Source: Delftia acidovorans NBRC 14950 (GTDB taxonomy: Bacteria > Pseudomonadota > Gammaproteobacteria > Burkholderiales > Burkholderiaceae_C). Taken from it: 22,952 nucleotides of DNA. The stretch's first letter is position 1. The number at the start of each line of letters is the position of its first letter. The translations under genes were made by a program, and so were the position numbers. Positions 16,813-22,952 of the stretch are shown here, in pieces. The stretch is taken from NCBI RefSeq assembly GCF_001598795.1, contig NZ_BCZP01000044.1, positions 1 to 22,952 on the forward strand. Reading direction: 5' to 3'. Under the pieces are notes generated by a model. That model had not been told where the DNA came from, did not search any database, and saw only the letters and a program-made list of their open reading frames with translations.

Positions 16813-16965
16813 ATGTCCGTTTCCCAGAACACGCCAGGCAAAAGCCAGCAGCCCGTTGGCCAGCCCAGCAAGCCCCAGCCACAGCAAACTGCTCCCAAGC
16901 AGCATCAGCCGGGCTCCGCTGAAGAGCAAAAGAAGCAAGCCCATCAAGGGCAACCGAAGCAGTAA
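16813..16965 (+). CDS. Small hydrophilic Gln/Pro/Lys-rich protein (50 aa), absent from the ORF track
   Basis: TAGGAG (16801-16806) lies 6 nt before ATG 16813. Translation is MSVSQNTPGKSQQPVGQPSKPQPQQTAPKQHQPGSAEEQKKQAHQGQPKQ*. A near-perfect intrinsic terminator starts 19 nt after the stop. Confidence 0.6.
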   Translation: MSVSQNTPGKSQQPVGQPSKPQPQQTAPKQHQPGSAEEQKKQAHQGQPKQ

Positions 16966-16983
16966 TCCAGCCGCTCCGTAACG

Positions 16984-17007
16984 AAAAAGGGCCCTCGGGC
17001 CCTTTTT
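16984..17007. terminator. Bidirectional rho-independent terminator
   Basis: aaaaagggccc-tc-gggcccttttt: a GC stem (gggccc/gggccc) flanked by A5 and T5, so it reads the same on both strands. It lies between the convergent genes 16813-16965 (+) and 17054-17377 (-). Confidence 0.8.
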
Positions 17008-17053
17008 GATTTCAATGGACGCAAAGGACGGGTTTCTGCATTCGGCCGGTCCA

Positions 17054-17377
17054 TCAATCCTTGTGTTTGATCCACGTGGCTCCAGCCGCCTCCCCGCATC
17101 CGGCGCCCACCAGGCCACCGACGGCGCCCCCCACGAATATTCCAACCGGTCCTCCCACGGCCGCGCCAAGTACAGACCCCAGTGCTGCGCCAAAAATCAT
17201 GAAGCCGGCCACCATGGTTGATTTGGACTCCCGCAAGGCCTCTGCCTTGCCCATTCGAATCTGTGCTGCCTGGTCGGGGTCCTGCGAAGGAACGCCGTGC
17301 CCTGGGACCGCCTGATCGGCAAGATCAGGGTCCTGAGGCCTGCCAAGCAGTGACCTCAGTGAAATCGATGCAGTCAT
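17054..17377 (-). CDS. Glycine-zipper membrane protein (107 aa)
   Basis: ATG (cat at 17375-17377) is preceded by GGAGAAGG. The N-terminal half is hydrophilic. The C-terminal half, MVAGFMIFGAALGSVLGAAVGGPVGIFVGGAVGGLVGAGCG, is glycine-zipper/TM-like. Confidence 0.7.
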   Translation of the reverse strand: MTASISLRSLLGRPQDPDLADQAVPGHGVPSQDPDQAAQIRMGKAEALRESKSTMVAGFMIFGAALGSVLGAAVGGPVGIFVGGAVGGLVGAGCGEAAGATWIKHKD

Positions 17378-17535
17378 GGCCTTCTCCTCGAAGATGAGGA
17401 AGAGATAGATGCACCCCGCCTCGACCATGTTTTAAGCCCATGCCAGAATTTTCGATGAGGTCCGCCCCGCCGAAATTGCGTAAGCAAACAGCCTCATAAG
17501 GACGGCAGGGTGTCGAAGCCATGAATGGCAGGAGG

Positions 17536-18189
17536 TCAGGCGAGCAAACCGGCTACCGCGACGGTATGGCAGGCGCTGCCGGCAACCACGAACAGATGCC
17601 AGATGCCGTGCGCGTGGCGCATGCTCGCCAGACGACGGTAGAACACCGTTCCTGCCGAATAGAGCAGTCCGCCGGCGAGCAGCCAGGCCAGGGTCTGCGC
17701 ACCATGGCCAAAGGCCACCGGCACCGCGCCCCCCAAGCTGAGCCAGCCAAGGCTGATGTACAGGGACAGGCGCGGCGGCGAATCGAAACCCAGTGCACGT
17801 ATCGCACCCTGAAATGCGAGCCCCCATACGCCGCCAAGCAGCAGCCAAGCCCACAAGCCAGGGGGCGCCATCAAGGCAAAGGGCGTGTAGCTGCCGGCAA
17901 TCAGCAGGTAAATGCAGGCGTGGTCGACGCGCTGCCAGAAACGCTTGCGCACCCCGGTACAGCCATGAAAGAGGGCCGATGCGCCAAACAGCGCCGCCAG
18001 AGACAGGCCAAACACCACAGCGCCCACAATCTTGCGCGCATCGCCGCCGGCCACCGTTTCGCAGATGAGAACCACACTGGCCGCCAGGCCCACGGGCAGG
18101 GCTGCCAGATGACTCCAGGTATTGAACCGTTCGCCTGGCTGGCCCCAAACGCAAGGGCCGTGCGGCGAGCCTGCCTGCAAATCTTGCAT
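17536..18189 (-). CDS. Hemolysin III / PAQR-family channel protein
   Basis: FNTWSHLAALPVG, ALFHG, WQRVDHACIYLLIAGSYTPF and HGIWHLFVVAGSACHTVAV are classic HlyIII/YqfA motifs across 7 TM segments. ATG at 18189 is preceded by AGGAGG. The track start at 18216 is a TTG without an SD. Confidence 0.85.
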   Translation of the reverse strand: MQDLQAGSPHGPCVWGQPGERFNTWSHLAALPVGLAASVVLICETVAGGDARKIVGAVVFGLSLAALFGASALFHGCTGVRKRFWQRVDHACIYLLIAGSYTPFALMAPPGLWAWLLLGGVWGLAFQGAIRALGFDSPPRLSLYISLGWLSLGGAVPVAFGHGAQTLAWLLAGGLLYSAGTVFYRRLASMRHAHGIWHLFVVAGSACHTVAVAGLLA

Positions 18190-18365
18190 GGAGCCTCCTG
18201 GCGCATGGCTGAGCAACGCCGGGCGCGGTGGCCCGGCTCGGCCACCTTACGGCCCAGACGTGACAGGGCAATGATGGCAACGGACACGCTGGAGCGCCCA
18301 TCCACCGGACACCACACGACGTGCAGCGCCAAATTGAAACATCAGGCCTTGAAACCATCCTCAAA

Positions 18366-18381
18366 CCATCCATATGGATGG
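18366..18381. promoter_or_regulatory. Perfect 16-bp palindrome; candidate operator of the RHH regulator
   Basis: ccatccatatggatgg is its own reverse complement and ends 15 nt before ATG 18396. The half-site belongs to a direct repeat of aaaccatcc (18352-18360 and 18363-18371). Confidence 0.5.
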
Positions 18382-18395
18382 CATAAGGATGTTCC

Positions 18396-18809
18396 ATGGC
18401 CACAACCACCTCCACCCCTCGCGTGAGCGAATCCGAGAAGCTCACCATCAATCTGGGCTATGTCGACCTGGGCCAAATCGACCTGCTGGTCGCCGAAGGC
18501 TTCTACGCAAACCGCAGTGATTTCATCCGTACAGCGATACGCAATCACCTGCGCAGCCACGCGGACGCGTTGCAACAGGTCGTCGCCCGCAAGATGCTGG
18601 TCCTGGGTATGCAGCATTTCTCCCAGGCCGATCTCCTGCGGGTGCAGGCTGCCGGGGAAAAGCTGCAGATCCGGGTGCTGGGCTTGGCCAGCATCGCGCA
18701 GGACGTGCCTGCGCAGCTGGCCGCAGAAACCATCGAATCCATCACGGTGCTGGGAGCGCTCCAGGCCAGCCCCGCCGTTCGTGCCGCTCTGGCCGGCCGC
18801 ATTACCTGA
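18396..18809 (+). CDS. Ribbon-helix-helix (CopG/MetJ-type) DNA-binding protein with a C-terminal extension
   Basis: AAGGA (18385-18389) then ATG 18396. KLTINLGYVDLGQIDLLVAEGFYANRSDFIRTAIRNHL fits a beta-strand/helix/helix RHH fold. About 80 further residues are of unknown fold. Confidence 0.8.
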   Translation: MATTTSTPRVSESEKLTINLGYVDLGQIDLLVAEGFYANRSDFIRTAIRNHLRSHADALQQVVARKMLVLGMQHFSQADLLRVQAAGEKLQIRVLGLASIAQDVPAQLAAETIESITVLGALQASPAVRAALAGRIT

Positions 18810-18819
18810 GAACCATTCC

Positions 18820-19935
18820 ATGAAACAGCTTTTTCACGACATGCTGGGCGAGGCTACACGCCTGACTCGCACTGGCAATTTGCTGGAAGCAACCGAGCTG
18901 ATTCAGCGCACGTTGCGAGGCGAAAGCGCGCCCGCGCCCGCGCCCCACGGCAAGACAGCCGCAACCAGTCATAGGGAAGAAGGCTGGATCGTCGATGCCG
19001 AAGCCCGTTTCATCGACGATGCTCCCGAACTCGCCGTGCCTGCGGGCTCATCGCAGGCAGACACCTCCAGCGACGAGCAATGGCTGCGCGGCAGCTACTC
19101 GCACGGAGGCCGGCAGCTGGCCTATCGGCTGTATGTGCCGCCAGGCAGTGCACTTGAAGCGGGGCCTCGGCCGCTCGTCCTCATGCTGCACGGTTGCACC
19201 CAAGGGCCGGAAGACTTCGCCGCCGGCACGCGCATGAATGACCAGGCACGCAGGGCTGGTGTATTGGTGCTCTATCCTGAACAAACACAGCATGCGAACT
19301 CGCAAAAATGCTGGAACTGGTTCAAGGCCCAGCATCAGCAGCGGGGCCGGGGCGAGCCAGCACTGCTGGCGGGCCTCACACGCCAGATGGTGGCTGACCA
19401 TGGCGCGGACGCATCGCGTGTCTATGTCGCCGGACTATCGGCTGGAGGTGCAATGGCGGACATCTTGGGACGCACCTATCCTGAGCTGTTCGCCGCCGTG
19501 GGTGTGCATTCGGGCTTGCCCGCCGGTGCTGCGTCCAATCTGCCATCAGCCCTCGAGGCGATGCGAAGAGGCGCAGCATCAGGCTCGGCCAGCGGTCCCA
19601 GCGTGTGTCCAGTGATCGTGTTTCACGGCGATGCCGACACGACGGTGCACCACGACAACGGCGCGGCCGTGGTGAATGCTGCACGCAGCGCGCAAAGTCC
19701 CCAAGGCGCACCTCGCGTCATCCAGGGCCATGCGCCGAACCGCCAGCGATTCACCCGCTCTGCCTATATCGCGGCCGACGGAAGTACCGCCATTGAACAC
19801 TGGCAACTGCATGGCGCAGGCCACGCATGGTCCGGCGGCAGCTCAGAGGGCAGCTACACCACGCCAGGAGGAATCGACGCCAGCGCCGAGATGCTGCGCT
19901 TCTTCCTTTCGCACAAGCGTGCTCACGGCTGCTGA
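18820..19935 (+). CDS. PHB-depolymerase-family esterase (alpha/beta hydrolase) with no signal peptide
   Basis: Internal ATG at 18820 lies 10 nt after the RHH stop, and the track ORF start overlaps the RHH gene out of frame. Motifs PLVLMLHGCTQGPEDFAAGTRMN, LYPEQTQHANSQKCWNWF, nucleophile elbow GLSAGGAMA, FHGDADTTV and GAGHAWSGG. The N-terminus MKQLFHDMLGEATRLTRTGNLLEATELIQRTL is helical, not a leader peptide. Confidence 0.85.
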   Translation: MKQLFHDMLGEATRLTRTGNLLEATELIQRTLRGESAPAPAPHGKTAATSHREEGWIVDAEARFIDDAPELAVPAGSSQADTSSDEQWLRGSYSHGGRQLAYRLYVPPGSALEAGPRPLVLMLHGCTQGPEDFAAGTRMNDQARRAGVLVLYPEQTQHANSQKCWNWFKAQHQQRGRGEPALLAGLTRQMVADHGADASRVYVAGLSAGGAMADILGRTYPELFAAVGVHSGLPAGAASNLPSALEAMRRGAASGSASGPSVCPVIVFHGDADTTVHHDNGAAVVNAARSAQSPQGAPRVIQGHAPNRQRFTRSAYIAADGSTAIEHWQLHGAGHAWSGGSSEGSYTTPGGIDASAEMLRFFLSHKRAHGC

Positions 19936-20274
19936 CGCGCGGCACCGGCAGCGAGCTCGCGAGGAGGCCCTGGGCGGCAGCAACCGCTGCGGAGCAGCCG
20001 GCAGCTGCAGGTTTCCGAACAATGGTCTCAGGCTGAGAGCTGACGCAGGAGCTTCAACATCGAACATCGGCGGCGATCAACAGTTGAACTTGATGGTCTC
20101 TGGCTGCAATCTCCAAGAATCGGCATCCAGGGATTTCCGCAGCCCTTGTCGGCGGGCACCTCGGCCCGGCCCCTTGGCGACGATTCACCGTGCCATCAGG
20201 CAAAATCCGGAACATCGGGAAAGCTTGGCGTCAGGTCTGCCGAGAGGCCCAACTTGAAGAATGGAACAGTATCA

Positions 20275-20715
20275 ATGGCACTGACGAAGAAGGGCGAGTT
20301 CTGGTACGGGACAACTTCCGGCGACACCCAAGCCGAGCTGCGCAGCTACAGCATTGCGAATCTTCATGAGGCCGTCCGGTTTGCCTCGTCCAAATGCGAT
20401 TGCGGGTGCCGGACTTTTGCGCTGCAGACGGATGAAGAAGCCGGCGTGGCCATCCGCACCTGCACCGACTGCGGGCAGGAACACCTGATGGGCGACAGCG
20501 CGGAATATGTTGAAGAGGCCACCCCCGAGGCACACGAGTGCGTGTGCGAGAACGAGACGTTCGAACTGGTGTCTGGCGTCTCCGTGTACGAGGGCACACA
20601 CGACGTGCGCTGGTACTACATCGCTTGCCACTGCGTGGAATGCAATCTGGTTGGGGTCTTCGCAGACTGGAAGTGTGAAGCGGGTGATGCGGCGGCCTTC
20701 CTCGCCAAGGTGTGA
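20275..20715 (+). CDS. Hypothetical Cys-rich protein with two tandem zinc-ribbon-like modules (146 aa)
   Basis: ATG at 20275 (MALTKKGEFWYG...). Module 1 is KCDCGCRTFALQ...TCTDCGQEHL and module 2 is ECVCENETFELV...ACHCVECNLV. No family recognised and the SD is weak. Confidence 0.6.
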   Translation: MALTKKGEFWYGTTSGDTQAELRSYSIANLHEAVRFASSKCDCGCRTFALQTDEEAGVAIRTCTDCGQEHLMGDSAEYVEEATPEAHECVCENETFELVSGVSVYEGTHDVRWYYIACHCVECNLVGVFADWKCEAGDAAAFLAKV

Positions 20716-20737
20716 GCGCGTGGGATCAAGACGCGCT
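20715..20737. terminator. Weak hairpin between convergent genes
   Basis: 7-bp stem agcgcgt / acgcgct with a 9-nt loop. It overlaps the stop of the 20275-20715 gene and lies 15 nt from the stop of the GNAT gene. There is no U-tract. Confidence 0.3.
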
Positions 20738-20751
20738 GCTCCAATATCTGG

Positions 20752-21231
20752 TCAAGCGGGTTTGCCGGGTGCATGCAGGCGATAGCGCAAAAAGCGAGTC
20801 CCCTCGATATCCAATGCGCCATCTGGCCGAAATCCCAGCTTGAGAATCCCTTTTATTCTGGTTCTTGAAGGTGGCAGCAAAATTGTGATGGAGTTCAGCC
20901 CCAAGCCAGTGAATGCACGTTTCACTATCTCTTGATAGATGGCTTTGCCACTTCCCCAGAACTTGGGGTGAAGCACCAAAGCGAGGTCGGCATCACCTTC
21001 CTCGTACTGCAAGCCGCCCCAGCCGGCAAATTGCTGATCAATTTCAAACGCCCATGGCCCATAGCCGTATTGCTGCCACTGGGCATCTTTTTTCTGAGCC
21101 CATTCATTTGCTTTCGCCAGGTCGAAATTCGCACTTCCAAGCGGCATTTGTCGCAGCACATCTGGATTGTTGTTCAGCGAAACAATGTGAGCCGGATCAA
21201 CTTCAGTGAGCCGCTTGAATTTCAAATTCAT
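20752..21231 (-). CDS. GNAT-family N-acetyltransferase (RimJ/RimL-like)
   Basis: Internal ATG (cat at 21229-21231) gives MNLKFKRLTEVDPAHIVSLNNNPDVLRQMP.... GPWAFEIDQQFAGWGGLQ and LHPKFWGSGKAIYQEIVKRAFTGLGLNSI match GNAT motif A (Q/RxxGxG/A-like). The gene is visibly AT-richer than its surroundings. Confidence 0.8.
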   Translation of the reverse strand: MNLKFKRLTEVDPAHIVSLNNNPDVLRQMPLGSANFDLAKANEWAQKKDAQWQQYGYGPWAFEIDQQFAGWGGLQYEEGDADLALVLHPKFWGSGKAIYQEIVKRAFTGLGLNSITILLPPSRTRIKGILKLGFRPDGALDIEGTRFLRYRLHAPGKPA

Positions 21232-21375
21232 GCCTGTATCTGGTTGTCTATCCATCAAATTCAAAGCGTACCAAAACGGTGGTTGCCGACCGTGTATCTG
21301 AGCGTCAACCAAGGGGGCAGCAGTCCACAGTAAGGGGTTGCTGCTGCAAGGCAGGCCCCAGCGGCCTGCTTCCAG

Positions 21376-21813
21376 CTAGCCCTGGTATCGCAGGTGAACA
21401 AGAGGATAAGGGCGTCCCTGCGAATCCACCTCCGAACGCCCTGTTTCAACGAACCCCATCCGTTGATAGAAGCCAACCGCTTGGGAGTTCTGCATGTTGA
21501 CGTCTGTGCTCAATTCCCCGTGCAGCGCCAATCCATGCTGCAACAACCTGCGGCCGATGCCGGTGCCGCGGACATCCGGATCGATGAACAGCGCCTCCAT
21601 GTGCGTGCCATCAATCAGCATGAAGCCATGGGGCTGGTCATGTTCATCCACAGCAACAGTCACCGGCGCATGAGGCAGAAACTCGACCACTTCGGCATCA
21701 ATTGCCTTTCGATCATCGGGACTGAGAAAGTGATGGGTGGCGTCTACGGAACGCCGCCAAAGGTCAACCAGAGCGGCACCATCTTCAGGACGTGATGTGC
21801 GGAGTGTGTACAT
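21376..21813 (-). CDS. GNAT-family N-acetyltransferase (YjaB-like small acetyltransferase)
   Basis: MYTLRTSRPEDGAALVDLWRRSVDATHHFLS..., EALFIDPDVRGTGIGRRLLQH (motif A) and NSQAVGFYQRMGF (motif B). ATG is cat at 21811-21813. Confidence 0.85.
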   Translation of the reverse strand: MYTLRTSRPEDGAALVDLWRRSVDATHHFLSPDDRKAIDAEVVEFLPHAPVTVAVDEHDQPHGFMLIDGTHMEALFIDPDVRGTGIGRRLLQHGLALHGELSTDVNMQNSQAVGFYQRMGFVETGRSEVDSQGRPYPLVHLRYQG

Positions 21814-22027
21814 GGCAACTTTGCAAATGATTCAGCGTTGCGTGAAGTATGACGGGACACAGCTGCGAAGTCGCCTCGGCCCCCGTTGTACACACTCAAC
21901 GGCGGCGCTGTTTCGGCAGCACTTATGCATGGGCCGCAACAGGAAACTTTGCGGAGCCCCTGTGTCCCGCCGGCAACTCATCTGAAACCCGTCGCTGGGG
22001 CGGCTTTGCCTTGGTGACAGTTTGGCT

Positions 22028-22952
22028 TCACTTTCTGATCAGCGGTGCGCCACCACCGCCCAACGCTCGGCGACGCACCGCCACCAGACCCGCCGCCAGC
22101 AGCGAAAGCAGCGCCAGCGCCCAGGGCCCGAGTGCGGGAATGGCCTGCGGGGCCAGCAGCACGGGCATGCCGGGGTCGGTGATCTGGTTGGGCACGGAAT
22201 CGCTGTCACCGACGCCGCCATCGGCCAGGGTGAAGGTCACGCTCAGGCCGTCGGGCGCAAACTGCGCGCCCGGCAGCGCATACCAGTGCGGCTGCGCGCA
22301 GGCAGCGCCGGTGCAGCCCAGCCCGTCGGGGCTGGGGCCGTATTTGTAATAAACGGCCCCCTGCGGCACTGGTGTGGTGAAGTGCACGGTCACCTGTGCA
22401 TCTGCATTGCCAGCGACACGCCCCAGCACCAGGCCCAGCGGCGCGTGCACCGCACGCACATGGGACGGCAAGGGCGCGGGCAAGGTGGAGGCAAAGGCGG
22501 CGCTGCTGATCTCCCAGCCGTTCGCGCTGTCCACCTCCACCGCCCCCAGATTGCCGTTGCCGCCCGCACCCTGCCACGGTGCGCTGCACTGCTGCGCTGC
22601 GCCGCCATATTCACCGCTGCACTGCCATTTGTATTGGCCGCCAGCGGATAGCACGGTCCCTGGCGTGCCCGTGGCGCACAGATTCGCGCTGGGCTTGAAG
22701 GCCACAGCGCCATTGGCCGCTGAGCCGCAGGTGGCATCGACCGGGTCGTGGGTGAAAGTGGCCGAAACGCTGCGCGGGCTGGTCACATTGGTGAGCTGGC
22801 ATGCACCCGTGCCCGTGCAATCGCCCGACCAACCAGTGAAGTGGTAACCCGCATCGGGCGTGGCGGTGCAGCTTGCGCCCTGCCCATGGTTAACGGGATT
22901 GGGTGTGCAGGTGACCGTGCCGTTGGTGGTGGCGGGGGTGATGCTGATGGAG
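22028..22952 (-). CDS. IPTL-CTERM-sorted surface protein with an InlB-B-repeat-like module and a choice-of-anchor-U-like module; 5'-truncated by the window edge
   Basis: My hand translation shows the minus-strand frame stays open from 22786 to 22952 (...TPDAGYHFTGWSGDCTGTGACQLTNVTSPRSVSATF), so the GTG at 22786 is internal. The C-terminus is IPALGPWALALLSLLAAGLVAVRRR (about nt 22067-22141): an IPxL motif, a TM helix and an Arg cluster. Upstream lies FTLADGGVGDSDSVPNQITDPG. Confidence 0.8.
   Translation of the reverse strand, partial: SISITPATTNGTVTCTPNPVNHGQGASCTATPDAGYHFTGWSGDCTGTGACQLTNVTSPRSVSATFTHDPVDATCGSAANGAVAFKPSANLCATGTPGTVLSAGGQYKWQCSGEYGGAAQQCSAPWQGAGGNGNLGAVEVDSANGWEISSAAFASTLPAPLPSHVRAVHAPLGLVLGRVAGNADAQVTVHFTTPVPQGAVYYKYGPSPDGLGCTGAACAQPHWYALPGAQFAPDGLSVTFTLADGGVGDSDSVPNQITDPGMPVLLAPQAIPALGPWALALLSLLAAGLVAVRRRALGGGGAPLIRK

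Noticed and set aside
16744-17193. 149-aa minus-strand ORF across the 16813-16965 region.
   Set aside because: It reads straight through a perfect intrinsic terminator and overlaps the SD-led plus-strand mini-gene and the end of the glycine-zipper gene, so it is likely spurious.
17432-18451. 339-aa (-) and 301-aa (+) ORFs overlapping the hemolysin-III gene.
   Set aside because: The 17536-18189 frame carries the canonical HlyIII motifs and 7 TM helices. The alternatives are Arg/Ala-rich with no motifs.
20752-21813. GNAT genes as toxins of a GNAT/RHH (TacT/KacT-type) toxin-antitoxin module.
   Set aside because: No small DUF1778/RHH antitoxin ORF lies upstream of or overlapping either GNAT. 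The only RHH gene (18396-18809) is about 2 kb away and is coupled to the esterase.
1-22952. CRISPR arrays, tRNA/rRNA genes, IS elements and integrases.
   Set aside because: I saw no regularly spaced direct repeats, no cloverleaf-like or rRNA-like conserved stretches, and no transposase or integrase motifs in any frame of the ORF track.

Overview
High-GC chromosomal segment, probably from a betaproteobacterium. A Comamonadaceae-like origin is my inference from an IPTL-CTERM protein and a fused E1-like/YcaO cyclodehydratase. Many six-frame ORFs are antisense or out-of-frame artefacts of the GC content. I support about 19 coding regions and see no rRNA, tRNA, CRISPR array or transposase. In order:

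- **nt 1-3432:** the 3' edge of a TOMM/RiPP-type cluster. It holds a 5'-truncated fused E1-like/YcaO cyclodehydratase, an FHA plus OmpR-like winged-helix protein and a 115-aa orphan, closed by a clear intrinsic terminator.
- **nt 3447-3854:** a GFA-family Zn protein.
- **nt ~4020-6345:** a visibly AT-richer patch with a Crp/Fnr regulator, a DUF3309 mini-protein and a compact GGDEF diguanylate cyclase.
- **nt 6346-7088:** an OsmB-like glycine-zipper lipoprotein and an unannotated 80-aa membrane ORF.
- **nt 7110-15794:** a 2894-aa cyclic beta-1,2-glucan synthase (NdvB/Cgs type).
- **nt 15791-16510:** a second, paralogous Crp/Fnr regulator whose stop codon overlaps that of ndvB.
- **nt 16813-18189:** a 50-aa Q/P-rich ORF below the track threshold, with a perfect bidirectional terminator, then a glycine-zipper protein and a hemolysin-III/PAQR protein.
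- **nt 18396-19935:** an RHH regulator and a signal-less PHB-depolymerase-family esterase in an apparent operon, preceded by a 16-bp perfect palindrome.
- **nt 20275-21813:** a Cys-rich tandem zinc-ribbon orphan and two GNAT acetyltransferases.
- **nt 22028-22952:** a 5'-truncated IPTL-CTERM surface protein.

The best candidates for something new are:

1. The YcaO / FHA-wHTH / orphan unit, a possible phospho-Thr-gated RiPP module.
2. The Crp - GGDEF - ndvB - Crp arrangement, a possible c-di-GMP or cNMP-controlled cyclic-glucan and envelope module that lacks ndvA.
3. The IPTL-CTERM cargo, whose sorting enzyme is unknown.

All functional calls rest on motif recognition by eye. No searches were run.
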